A DNA stretch of 64,000 nt. It comes from Lytechinus pictus. Its lineage: Eukaryota. Made by a program: the position numbers and the translations under genes. Positions 39,911 to 51,717 of the stretch are shown one piece after another (position 1 is the first letter of the stretch; every line of letters begins with the position of its first letter). The DNA lies in contig NC_087252.1 of NCBI RefSeq assembly GCF_037042905.1, positions 2,420,001-2,484,000 on the forward strand, in the 5' to 3' direction. Under the pieces are notes generated by a model. The model saw nothing but the letters and a program-made list of their open reading frames with translations. It was not told the DNA's origin and ran no database searches.

Positions 39911-42900
39911 GTAACTAATATCAGGTATTTAATAAAGCTGTAGGCCTACATAAGTTACGAGAGACTTTACGAACAACAAAGATGCTAATTCAACATGAAT
40001 GAAAATTAAGTGATAACATATACCACAAAAAAGGATCCATAGTCGTTTGTAAGCCGTTCGTAACTTGCGATCAGCTTTATGAAACACCTTCCATCACAAT
40101 CATATCATGTTAGCATGTTAACGATTTCGTCAGTATAAAGAAGTGTCGCATGCTGCCTGTCTGTCAGACAAGAAACATGAAGAAATTGGCATGTTGTTCC
40201 AAACACTTAAACCCACCATGGTGACAAGTTTGATTATTATCTTTCATGTGTGATATAGCCTTTTTAATATTGTACACAGTTTCAATGTCGTGGAATGTCT
40301 TATTTTCATAAATTGTACCTGATCGCATTTATTCATTGTTTTACATTGGGGATACATGACACTGGTTTATGCGCATTTTTTATTTTTGTATTTTCATTCA
40401 TAAATTCAAACAATGGGTATTCAATATTCGATATTCCCTTTTACTGTCCAACAGAAAGAAATATAAGGCCATCCACTGAGGCACTTTAAGTTATGAACAA
40501 ATTGTATACATCTCGAATAGGCTGTCACTTACCATGCTTATGCACCCTTATCTTGGTAAGGGACTTATGAATCAACATTTGTTGTGATGCCGAAGCACGC
40601 CGGGTCTGTGGTATGTTAAATTATGACGTGAACTAACGAAGCTACGTTAAAACAGTCATCCCATTCATCTTCTTCTCTGTGACGTTTTGCTCTACTCACG
40701 ACATTCCGACAGATGAACAACACTGAAAGGCTTGGGGTGTTTCACACAGATGTTAAAGAGTGTGGCTTGGAGTAGCACTTATATTTCATTTGCGTGCGAT
40801 ATTAACACATCATTGCATTGGCCAGATCATACGCACGAGACGCGCACTTCCTGATTAGTATATCCTCACCGAAGCCTAACCCTAAACTAACAAATCTTAT
40901 TGCAACACTAACCCTAACCCTACAACTTAGACGAAATAAAGTCCGGGGCAATTGTCGCCGGGGTTAATGTCGAGTTACCACATTTTAAGCTTTGTTAATA
41001 ATTTCATTAGGGTTTTTTTTTTATTTTTTATTTTTTTTATTTCTATAACTTTCATCATAAATAAAGCTCAGCAACCGAAATGCAAGATATTCTAAATTAT
41101 ATCAGTGGGCAATATTGATGTACGTTTCTTCTATCGTAAATCAGCTATGAAATTACAGTGAGTCCATCTCATATCCTATCAGAAATATTTCCGAATGATA
41201 TCAATCTAACGATCAGGACATATTTCTAATAAATCACAATTGAAAAACATGCACTGACATTCATCACGACTTCCCTACTCTTCGTTTTATGATCCCATTG
41301 GTTGCTTAACTATTGGACCAAGCGATAAATTTTGAACTTGACAGCTCCAAGTTGAGTTGACTCGGTCACAATATACGCACTTATATCAATTACCATTGGT
41401 TGATTAAGAAGAGGCCGTGCATGCATGTTTGCCGTGTAAATAAACAATAATAGCTGTGTGAATGTTACACAATGTTATGTGACTTTCACACCTTGTCGTG
41501 TGCGTTTTACACGATGATTTTTACACAGTTCTTTGTAAATTTGACACAATATGACGAAACCTGGCGCTAAACAGCTGAAGCATTTTTGGTCTTTTCCATT
41601 ATTGTCCCCGATCTTCATCTTTCATTTTTTGGTCAATATTTGGTAAATTGCATTTTAACGATTGTCTTAACATGATCTAAAACATACCTGAGCTCTAAAA
41701 ACACAAGAGTTTGACAAATCGGAAATGGAGTGTTTTCACTTTAAAAAAAAACCCACTGTACTTCATTGGACCCTTAAGAGGTGATCTAAATCGAATTACG
41801 AAAATAATCAAACTATATGGAGTTCGACAGTATGCGATGAAGACTGCATCGAGTACGGTAGTATATGGGGGCTTGCCTGTATCCTCTCTGCATAATTCTC
41901 ATTTTGCACTCGGTGATGGAATATTTTTCATGACTTGGGAAGAGTCTATAAAGTGAAATTTATTGTTTCTGAGACATCTCCCCATTACCACACATAAATG
42001 GTTCACCCGTCTATACACATCTGTCTGAAGTTCATTATCTTGCATGGAAAACACACCGAATATAAGTATGAAAATTATATTAGGTCATTTGAAAATAAAA
42101 CACATAGAGACTTTTTTAATAGATATAAGAAAGCCGTTGTTAAAAAAAATCAACTAAACTAAGTTTGATTCATGTGTTATTACATATTGAGTATGATATG
42201 GATAAAACAACACAAAGCGGAAGAAAACAAAATCTTGCAGAGACTTGTAATATATCTGTGACCAAAGAAATTATCATTTACTAAATCTCCTGGAGGTACT
42301 AATATAACATAGAATTAGTGTATGGATGAAATTGAAAAAAATTTCCGTTCACTTTATATTTCACTTTTTTGAAGCACTAAAAAAGATTTCCAGGCGCGAT
42401 TTTCTTAGGTTTCATTTTAATGACATATCACAGGCATGGGTAACAAGTGGGACCTTGTAGCTCATATTTTTTTTCAAAGTCGAATCTGCTGTCTTTTTTG
42501 TGTTCCTTATGATGTTACGATACTGCAACAAATAATTAAACAAATGGTCAAAAGAATTTTAGTTATTAAAATATCTTCTTCTTTCCTATTTATTTACATG
42601 AAACAAATGACAAAATAAAAATAAATACTGGGCTATCTTACAAATCTTGAAGAATCAGGTCTGGCTAGTCCACAAATGTATATTCCAGTATTAAATCCAA
42701 ATAATGTCCAGGTTGGCTGGCGAAGATTCATTAAATTAAAGTTCACAATGCTGGCGATGATGAGATTTATGTTAAAACACGATGGATGATTAGAGTCACT
42801 GTAGTGAGTTGAAATGTCTGTGAAGACAGGACGAAGTTGATGATGATAAACATTCGATTTCAGGAATCCATGGGTTGAAAAATGTCCTTTTGAACAGTTT

Positions 42901-45900
42901 GATGATCTTGATGAGAACTGATAATTCCTTTCTTAAAATAATTGAAAACAGTTATCGTGTGCAAACAATTCCAAAGAAGTTATTGCCCTGGCATTGAGAC
43001 TGGCGAGAAACTCTGAGTTCTGATCTGATATGATGATGTCCTTGAAGAAACTGCCAGCTTATATATACAAATTTCTGAAATTTTCTAGTATTGTCTTTAA
43101 AAAGAACATTCTCCTTCTTTCTAGAGCAATCCTAATTCTAGAAGACTCTTGAATGACCTCAGTGAACTTAACAATGTAAAGAACATAGCTAATGCTATTG
43201 AACGTATCCCTGCTAGCAGTCTCTATTGTTTATTGTCCATTATAAATTTAAAAAATACCAGACATTGCAGTGCCTCATTTAATATGAGTGCCTAACAAAG
43301 CTTAACTAAGACATTCTGGAATATTCTTATTATACAATGAACTTCCTTAGAGAAAAAATAACTAAATGAATGAATATGCATGTAATTTCTTTGACTTACA
43401 ATCCTTCTAATATATAACAATGATAAAATCACTTCAGTCATGTCAGTCATCTCAATAGGGACAGTTTTCAGGAAACAACTCTTCGTATTTAACTCATGTC
43501 CCAAATTTCATTCGTGTATTTCATATGATCTATTCTTGACCCAGTATAACTCCACTTCTAATTTGTATGAGATTTGTAATAATACAGGGCAAACTTTGTA
43601 TGCAGGGGGGATACATGCCTGACAAATTTTACTTGTCTAGAGTTAACGAAGCCTTTAATTTGTAATGCATTATCTTACACAAGTACGATGATCATGAGAG
43701 TTATTTACTTCCAAAGCACTGGAGAAAAAACACTTGCATCACAGAAACATTTGCTCAACTTTACCGCCACTAATTCATGTTCAAAATAATACTGTTTTGT
43801 TTTCGTGGATGAATGCTTGTACTTTTTAACAGACCTCTGCCATGTCAGCTACGATGGGTGAAGGCCAACGCGGCTCTCGCCCTCGGGCAAGGCCCCGGGG
43901 TTTGGTGTTGGCCTTGGATTCGCCTAAATGAATTACAAGACTGGATACGCACGCAAAGACATGTGTGATGACATGGTTTTACAGAACGCAAGGCGCCATT
44001 TTTGGTCGTACTACCAGTTTGATAACATGTCTCTTCTTTCGGTCGCATTGGTCATGCTGGTACAATCAATGCAGTTTTACGTCCACATTATTTATTTTAC
44101 GAGTTTTTAATGCTGTTAAGATAACATTTGTTTTACACAATTACATGTATATCCTTATTTTGGCATTCTTCACTTTTAGCGATTTTTTTTTTCATGGCTT
44201 TGATTCTACATTAAAACATAACACACAACAGAGTCTGGCAATGATTTTACAAGCAAATAGCTAAGGGTAGATTTTTGGGGGGGTTTTTTCATTCAAAGTC
44301 ATTTACAACAAGCAAATCGAATCCAGCATTTTGGGAAATAATATTTCAAAAATATCTTTATTACATGCGTAGGTTACATTCCAAATTTGCCAGTCAAACA
44401 CTCGATCTAGACTTCCAAATTACATGTGTGAAATAATCTTTTCTTTAAATCATTTACATTTCATTGCATTTACAAAAGAAATTACCATTCTTTCTATCAT
44501 ACCGAAAAAAATAGCTGAAAAATCTTGGAAAGAAAATAAACGAGTGCATGCTTAGCACTTATACATGGTTTGTGGTTGGCGTTTCGAGACCCCTATTTTT
44601 TCACCAAACCTTGTTCTCTTTAGTTATCTTCTATAATCATTTCACCATACATATCAACTTGGTCAACGGACCTAATCAACATAACAATTTTCAAGGGACA
44701 AGTGCATCAACATTTCTTACCAATCTTCACTTGAGAAAAATCCAATACAAGTCTTAATTTAGCACGTCTCATAAACGCTAAAAACAAAGTTCCAATTAAT
44801 GACGTAGTTATTGAAGTTAAGACGGGACGTAGTATAATGTGTACGGGCCAAGGTCATGTGACCCGGTATCCTCATTACGTATCGCCATAAAGGATTCTAT
44901 TTAGACCAAAGACAGACCTACATGCCATCTTCAATGTGCTAAATAAAGATTAGACATGCCAGTGACACCATCAATACGCACACTAACACATTGTAGGGCA
45001 ATCAAAAACACGAGGAAACGTTCCATCCAATTTACCTGGGTAATCTCTCATGGATACATCGTTTAAATACATCTTGCAGAAAAGTGATGGTATAATAAAA
45101 GAGCGCAATCGAAAGGAAATCCTCGATAATTCTAAAGCAATCTCAGTGCTACAAAATGATACACAATCATTTACATGCTTTTTCATGTAAAAGTAAGGTC
45201 TTGGAATTGCCTCCCGATTTGTCGAAACAATTCGATGTCAATTCTCCCAAATGCACAGGTGAGGTGAGGCGTTCTTTAAGTCTTGTCATTTCTCATTTGA
45301 CACAAAAATGCCTTCAGCATGTTCAATTCAAGAAATAGGTAAAATGTTCTTTTAAGTATTACCATTTCGCATTTGACGCAAATGACTTCAATTTCAAGAC
45401 AGGTAACACCCACCTTCGAGTTGAAGACATTTGCAAAGAATGTTAGGTGACAGAACTCAAAAGGACGCCTTACCTTGTTATATTCAGACGAATATAACAT
45501 TATGGATCATTTGTTTCAATTCCATGTTATCTCCTGCTGTGTTGTCACAATCGGAGACATATCATGCATATGACTTAGAATTGATAAGAAGTAAATGCAT
45601 TTTATGTTTTTAAAATGTCATTATTCTCAGCAAACTTAAAATCAACTGTATTATCTAGAGATTATGAACATTCGCATGATCGCATCTTATGAAGGTACGA
45701 TAAGACAGAGCCAGATACGACACCGAGGGCATTAAGGGAAGGGGGTTGGGGTTTTCTTTAAGCAATCAGATAACAGGCAAAGAATAGATAAGAAGAAAGA
45801 AAAGGGAAGAAAGAAAGGAGAGTAATGAAAAGATTGAAAAAGGAAAGAGAATATTGTCCGTAGTCTCATTTACGTTTTCTGTATTAAAAGTTAAATATAT

Positions 45901-48900
45901 CATAATGATCAACACTGGGGCTAACATGTTCCAACTTTCTTTTAGCGGAAGCACTTTAAATCTGGACACAACATGGATCCTCAAAATAAAATCCTCACCA
46001 TTTTCAAGGAGACACCCTTAGTCTTTTGTGAGAGAACATCGGGATAAGACGAATTTGTTGACACAAAGAAAACGCAATAGTCTCCCTTCGGACCAACCGG
46101 GAAAGGCTTTTGCATTCATCAAATTGTCACTTCCGTATTCTCAAACCACTTTTACCAAGAAATTCTCGCATTTGAATCTATTTCAGGGTATTTAAAATAC
46201 AAGAAGAGGTGGGGTATTTTTGTATTCTAAATATGTACAATGTGGTGTTGTGTTATCTTTAGAAATTTGGTATTTAGTTCGCGAGAAATCACACAAAAAC
46301 ATTGCGACACTTAATGAACTATTTTGGATTACAGTAGAAAAAAAGTTTGATCAATTTTGCTAGATAACAACCGACTATCGTTAGGACTTGTGTTATTGGT
46401 GAGTATGTTTTGTGCGGTTTTAAAATAATAATAATAATAATAATAATAGATGCAATTTATAAGGCGCCAAATCCATTAAAAATATAATGCTCAAGGCGCA
46501 CAATGATATTACTTTTCAGAGTGAGATTTGTACCTTCTTCTTCTGCTTCTTCATCGTCATCGTCATCTTCTCCATCCTCTTCATCTCCTCCTCTCCTCCT
46601 TCTTCGTCTTTTTCTTCTTCTTCTTTTTCTACTACTACTACTACTTGTTCTTCTTCTTCTATGTCTTCTTTCCTTCTTCTTCTTCTTCTTTTTCTTCTTC
46701 TTCTCCTTTTTCTTCTTCTTCTTCTTAATCGCATTTTTGTTCTTCTCATCCTTTGATTTAATTTACTTATTATAACGTATTTATTTCCTACGTTTCACTG
46801 CTGCTTTTTTCTTCTTTTTTTCCAGCACGTGACAGAATGTGTATCGATTTATACTTTGACTGCGATCGCTGCTGACCGGTACCTTGCCATCTGCCACCCG
46901 CTGAAATTTCGTATCCGGGCTTCACGAACGATTTTCATTATAATCGCCGTTTGGATTTGGTCTTTTGTTGCCGTTTTACCACAGGTGAGCTATTATTTCA
47001 CCCCCCCCCCCCAACAAAAAAAGGAAAGAAAGAAAGAAAAATTTGATTTTAATAAAATAAGGTAAATAACACAAGGACATCACTGAAAGTATTATCGATG
47101 TAAACCAAGAAAATATTTGTTTTACAAGCGTATCTCGCCATAAGTTGTTGCCGTCAGGGAACTATGCCTTCTTCTGTTATCATATATGTATTTATATTTT
47201 GATTACAATTTTTTTTGTATAATTCATATTGTAAAATGATATTTATTGTGAAAATTGGAAAAAAATCAATGTTTATTTTAATTGAATTGAAGTAATGATT
47301 TTCTTTTAAAAACTTCGTTTAATTTCATAAAAGAGAATTCACATCCGGGTCCGTGTGCTAATGGAGGAACTAATGACGTCATCTTTTTGTTTTTGTTAAT
47401 TGGAATGTGAAATAGCATTGATGCTTCCCTGAACATGTGGTTTTGTAATTCTATTGAAGAGCTGCCCTATTGACAAACCTAACAGAGTTCAAATAGCTAC
47501 ATAAGTTACATCACAAAATACCAAAAATACGGGTATATGACATCATCGTCTCTCTCATTTGCATACCACCCACGTTGGATATAAGACTCATTTTGTAAAA
47601 ATAAACGATTTTCTAGCAGTCATACTTTTCCTTTTTTTAACCCATATTTATCAATTATCAGCTTATCGCTCGTTTCATTTTTATCTCTTCACAAATCGAC
47701 TTTTTGTTGGGTTGAACTTGACGGGGAACTTGACCTTTCAGGGTACTCTTGCTTGCCCTTGTTTTTGTTTTCTTGTATGTTTATGTCAGATACTAGTAGT
47801 TTCCATTGTCAAATATAACTTATGAAGCACGTGTTAACAAGGAAAACACAACCATCCCAAACACATACTAGCCGTACTAGCCAATCTTGTTTTGTTTGAC
47901 TGCAGGCAATTTTCTCAGAATTGGAGTATGACCGGCACACGCCCTCTATAAACAGGCCTGTCTGGTTGGCCAAGTGTTACGAGGTTAGTTAAAAGAAGTT
48001 GTAAAAAAATTTACTACTAGTCTACTTTGTTACTACTTCTGTACTTGTCTCTCTGAATCATAATGCAATTTTAGACTTATACGCCGATTTGTAATACTTG
48101 TATTCTAACTTTGTGTCATGTTTGTTTTGGGATATGGTAATACTGAGAGAATAAAACGATTTGAATTTGAACTTACAACAATAACAAGAATACCAATAAA
48201 CACACACTACTACTACTACTACTAATACTACTACAACTATTTCTGCTGCTGCAAACTAGGAATATATCGTACTTTCGAGGGGCTTCCTTTCCTACCTGCA
48301 CAGAGTTTCTTTGCAAACCACTCCGTTCTTCCTTTTTTCTTAAACTTAATTTGACAAAGTCAGCTATACCTAGCTTATAGACCATAATCATGATATTTAT
48401 TCACTCTTCTATTATATTTAAGAATTACTGTGATGGAAAAGCTTTGTGATCATGGTGATATAACTGTGTAATGTTATATTACTTTGTTTTATGTGAATGC
48501 AAAGGCAGTAAATACATGCAAATACTAGAAAATAGTTAATTTTTAATTCAAGATACAATTCTTTAACTGCTTTAATACGTTTTTGATCCCCAGACTGGAT
48601 GGCACAATTCGTTATGGCAAAAGGTATATTACGTAAGCATCGTTCTTCTAACCTACATCCTACCACTGTGTGTCATTGTAGTCACATACTCAATGGTGAG
48701 ATCCTCAAATTTGTAATATCGAGTTAAATTATGAATATTGGTTTTAGGATAAAGTATGTGGTAAAAATGAATTTCATGAAATAAACTGTACCAAAGTAGC
48801 TGGAAAGTGTTAAAGAAAACGCAACTTAGATTTTGTTTCTGTAAGATCTTGCAATAACTCGAATGTTAATGAATGAAATTAAATCAATTTAGGGCTAGAC

Positions 48901-51717
48901 TAGTTTTACAAAGAATTCCATATATTTCACTTCACATGTATATATTTTAGCAGATGATCTAATATGTTTACACTCTAAAGACTGAAATGTTTAATAAACA
49001 ATTAAAAAGGTTGGAGGAATGACAACCTTTTCTAGATGTTACATTTACCACTTTATATGGTTCGACCCAACAATTGAATTGTTGGATTCAGCTTTATGCG
49101 AGATATGTACCATTTAGAGAAGTTTGTCACTCAACTAACCTTTCAATGATGATTTAACATTTCAGTTTTAGAGTGCAGGGCCAAGTTCAAATATCACGGC
49201 ATCAGAGGGATATTTCTTTGAACATTTTATCACATGCGTCGATTTTTTTTTCTTTATGATTTACATATTATTTACTAATTTTCCTTCCTCTGGGGAATAG
49301 TCACCACGAAATCATCAGATTTGCCTTATTTGATTACACCTCCAGGTCTGTATTCGGCTATGGTCGGCCATCCCCACTGAAGAGACGAGCCGAAAGAAAC
49401 CGACGGACTCGAACAACGAATCGCGCCATCAAAACAGCGGGAAATCCAACCACACCGGTAATGGTGCGATCCGAGGGGGCAGTCGCTCCCGGTCTGGACC
49501 GGTTAAAACCAGTACGGAGACACAGGTGGAGTCCAGACGGAAAGTAGCCCGGATGCTAATCATCGTAGCTTTCATATTTTTCATCTGTTATCTGCCAATC
49601 AACGTCTTAAATACTCTCAGGTACAGGAAAATTACGCTTTTGAAATTTTGAGCTAATTTAATTTGGGGAAAGAATATAATAATGAATGCAATCAATATCC
49701 CTTCAGACTCCATAGAAAAGATGACGCACCTGTTTCTATATATGTTAAAGGTTTTTCTGTGGTTGCTGTTATGTTTGCTTTGGTTTTACAATGTTTTTGA
49801 GGACCCCCCCCCCCCCCCCCCCACAAAAAAATAAAATAAAATAAAAAATAAATAAGGGCGGATCTATCTTTGTTTCAATAGTGGGGAGGGGGTTAGCTTG
49901 ACCAGTTGTTTTAACCCAATCCCGATGAGCTGCGACAAAGTGAGTCCTAGCCCGCCCTCCCCCTCCATTTTTATACTTGTGCAACCTTCGTCAACAGGGA
50001 AGTGGTGTTGGTGTTTGTTCACCCCCCCCCCCCCCCCTTTTTTTTTTCTTTCTTTTCTTTGGGGATGTGATCGTTTGATTAAACCCCTACATCTACATGT
50101 GATCCACACTGAAACCATCACTGAATATTGCTTTTTCGAAGGGTCAAGTAATAAGTTACGTCTGTATTGCTCACATAACTCATGTGATGTAATGAGATAA
50201 ATATGATGATGAAGATGACGATTAACTCTAAAAAATGATTGGTCAAAATTACCAATCCGTCGGTGAATATCGCGTCCGACCAATAAATACGGTCAAATTA
50301 ATCAAACCATTGGTAAGAATTTATTTTTAGATTACCATATTCCACAATATATTAGTTACCGTGGGCAATCCTTTTGAAGGGTGAGTTAAGCTAATTTTTG
50401 TTCATCTTTATCTTCTCGATTAGATACATGCAAGTATTTTCTAAGAACCTCAAACCGAATCCCGGGGACCGAAGCAAGATCACCCTTCCTTTCACGGTCG
50501 CTCATTTTCTAGTGTATATCAACAGCACAATTAATCCAATCATCTATAACTTCTTAAGTGGTGAGTATGCCTATCAAGGCTTATCTCGAAGTGTTGGGTT
50601 GCGGTGCGTTCCTGTGCGGCGCACAAACGCAACCCTTTTTGCCCCCCCCCCCCCCCTTGTCCTACCTGCTTGTGTCGAAAGGATGCGTTTACCCGCCATT
50701 CCGTTCTCAACATACCTTTTCGAGACGAGCGTTGTGAAGGGGGATCCCGAAGTGTTGCGTGAGCGCACAGCAGCACAACGCTTCGAGATAAACCGCCTGT
50801 CAATAAGCCCAGTGCAATCTACACGATCCATTTCCGATCCGATTTAGAAATAAAAATATGATAGCATTTGAAATATAGATATACCAAATGACCAACGTTC
50901 CGAATAGTGGCTTTAGTACGAAATGGAATTGCTGTCTATTTCGAACTTCTATGTAGGTTGAAAGACGACTTTTGTTCCATATCGTAATTACGTCGTCATC
51001 GGCTACGATCTGAAGCCGATCTGATGTTAACTGGGACCACGAGGCTTGAAGTAAAATATAAGTTTTATTTTAGTATTTCGAGCATTAGTCCGATCGTAGA
51101 GTATCACAGATTTCGCTTATTGACGTTTGGTTTGTTTTCAAGCACACATATCACTTTTAACAGAGGATGCCTACTTTTAGGATATATGTATAAAAAAGAA
51201 TAAACAAGCAAAACAAATCAAACAGAGCAGCAGTTCCGTCTTAGATATATTGCGAAAGACAATACATCGTCCGCTGTGGAATGATCACGTGACTGCCGTC
51301 TCGATTCATTGTTTTGTATCTTTGTATTAGGCACCCATTCCCTCTGACAACACATTAAATACTCTCTGTGCTAGAATCATTAGCACGAAAAGTCAAAATT
51401 TTCTCCCTTTTGGGGCTGATATTAATCAGTTTTCTCTTCTTATAAATCATGTAATTGTATTGATTCACGTTGCTGTAGTTATATGATTATCTTTTCCTTT
51501 CCCGCCAGCTAAATTCCGACGAGAATTTCGAACCGCCTTCGCAAACTGTCCATGCTGCCCTCAACGTCCAAATGACACAACTGCCATCACGAGTACGGCA
51601 AGTCGACGCACCCAACGGCCGAACCCAACGGGACGAACGAACAGCACCGAGTACATGCAAATGTCAAGGGTTAATACGAAAACAGATCCAAGTCAAGGTC
51701 TTCTGACCTCAGACTGA
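39521..51717 (+). CDS. HCRTR: Orexin (hypocretin)/allatotropin-type class A GPCR, complete: join(39521..39910,46826..46984,47906..47983,48594..48695,49346..49620,50424..50560,51509..51717) = 449 aa (445 aa from the better-Kozak ATG at 39533)
   Basis: All six introns are GT-AG with matching phases (0,0,0,0,2,1). All seven TMs are present with family motifs: YPRTHEW, GN, NEHMRSVTNYYIMNLSVAD, DVTETWWLG..CKLIPYFQ, DRYLAICHPL, TYILPL, RRKVARML, CYLPINVLN, AHFLVYINSTINPIIYNFLS, KFRREFR. These closely match recalled HCRTR1/2 sequences. Confidence 0.95.
42513..43419 (-). mobile_element. Solo LTR (~907 bp), Gypsy-like 4-bp TSD, in the first coding intron of the receptor
   Basis: TGTTA...TAACA termini flanked by ATGA at 42509-42512 and 43420-43423. 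Minus-strand TATA (plus TTATATATA 43059-43067) and AATAAA (plus TTTATT 42589-42594) are in the expected order. Confidence 0.7.
46530..46730. repeat. (TTC)n/(TCA)n/(ACT)n microsatellite
   Basis: Directly visible. Confidence 0.95.
46826..46984 (+). CDS. HCRTR: Receptor coding exon 2 (TM3 DRY, TM4): HVTECVSIYTLTAIAADRYLAICHPLKFRIRASRTIFIIIAVWIWSFVAVLPQ
   Basis: TTCCAG acceptor, CAG|GTGAGC donor, 159 nt, phase 0/0. Confidence 0.95.
47906..47983 (+). CDS. HCRTR: Receptor coding exon 3 (ECL2): AIFSELEYDRHTPSINRPVWLAKCYE
   Basis: TGCAG acceptor, GAG|GTTAGT donor, 78 nt, contains the ECL2 Cys. Confidence 0.9.
48594..48695 (+). CDS. HCRTR: Receptor coding exon 4 (TM5): TGWHNSLWQKVYYVSIVLLTYILPLCVIVVTYSM
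   Basis: CCCCAG acceptor, ATG|GTGAGA donor, 102 nt, TM5 Y..P motif. Confidence 0.92.
48971..49175. mobile_element. MITE with CACTCTAAA...TTTAGAGTG termini; similar-ended element at ~59677-59896
   Basis: Terminal and subterminal inverted repeats (CTGAAATGTT / AACATTTCAG). Confidence 0.65.
49346..49620 (+). CDS. HCRTR: Receptor coding exon 5 (ICL3, TM6): VCIRLWSAIPTEE...QVESRRKVARMLIIVAFIFFICYLPINVLNTL
   Basis: CTCCAG acceptor, CAG|GTACAG donor, 275 nt, phase 0/2. Confidence 0.95.
50424..50560 (+). CDS. HCRTR: Receptor coding exon 6 (ECL3, TM7 NPIIY)
   Basis: ATTAG acceptor, GTG|GTGAGT donor, 137 nt, phase 2/1. Confidence 0.95.
50578..50794. mobile_element. GC-rich MITE just inside receptor intron 6
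   Basis: TIRs GGCTTATCTCGAAGTGTTG / CAACGCTTCGAGATAAACC. Confidence 0.7.
51509..51717 (+). CDS. HCRTR: Receptor last coding exon (helix 8, Cys cluster, Ser/Thr-rich tail): AKFRREFRTAFANCPCCPQRP...GLLTSD*
   Basis: CGCCAG acceptor, phase 1, TGA at 51715-51717. AATAAA candidates lie near 52029 and 54570. Confidence 0.93.

Noticed and set aside
40875..40925. CCCTAA telomere-like motifs
   Set aside because: Only a few degenerate units inside a dispersed repeat; not an interstitial telomere array.
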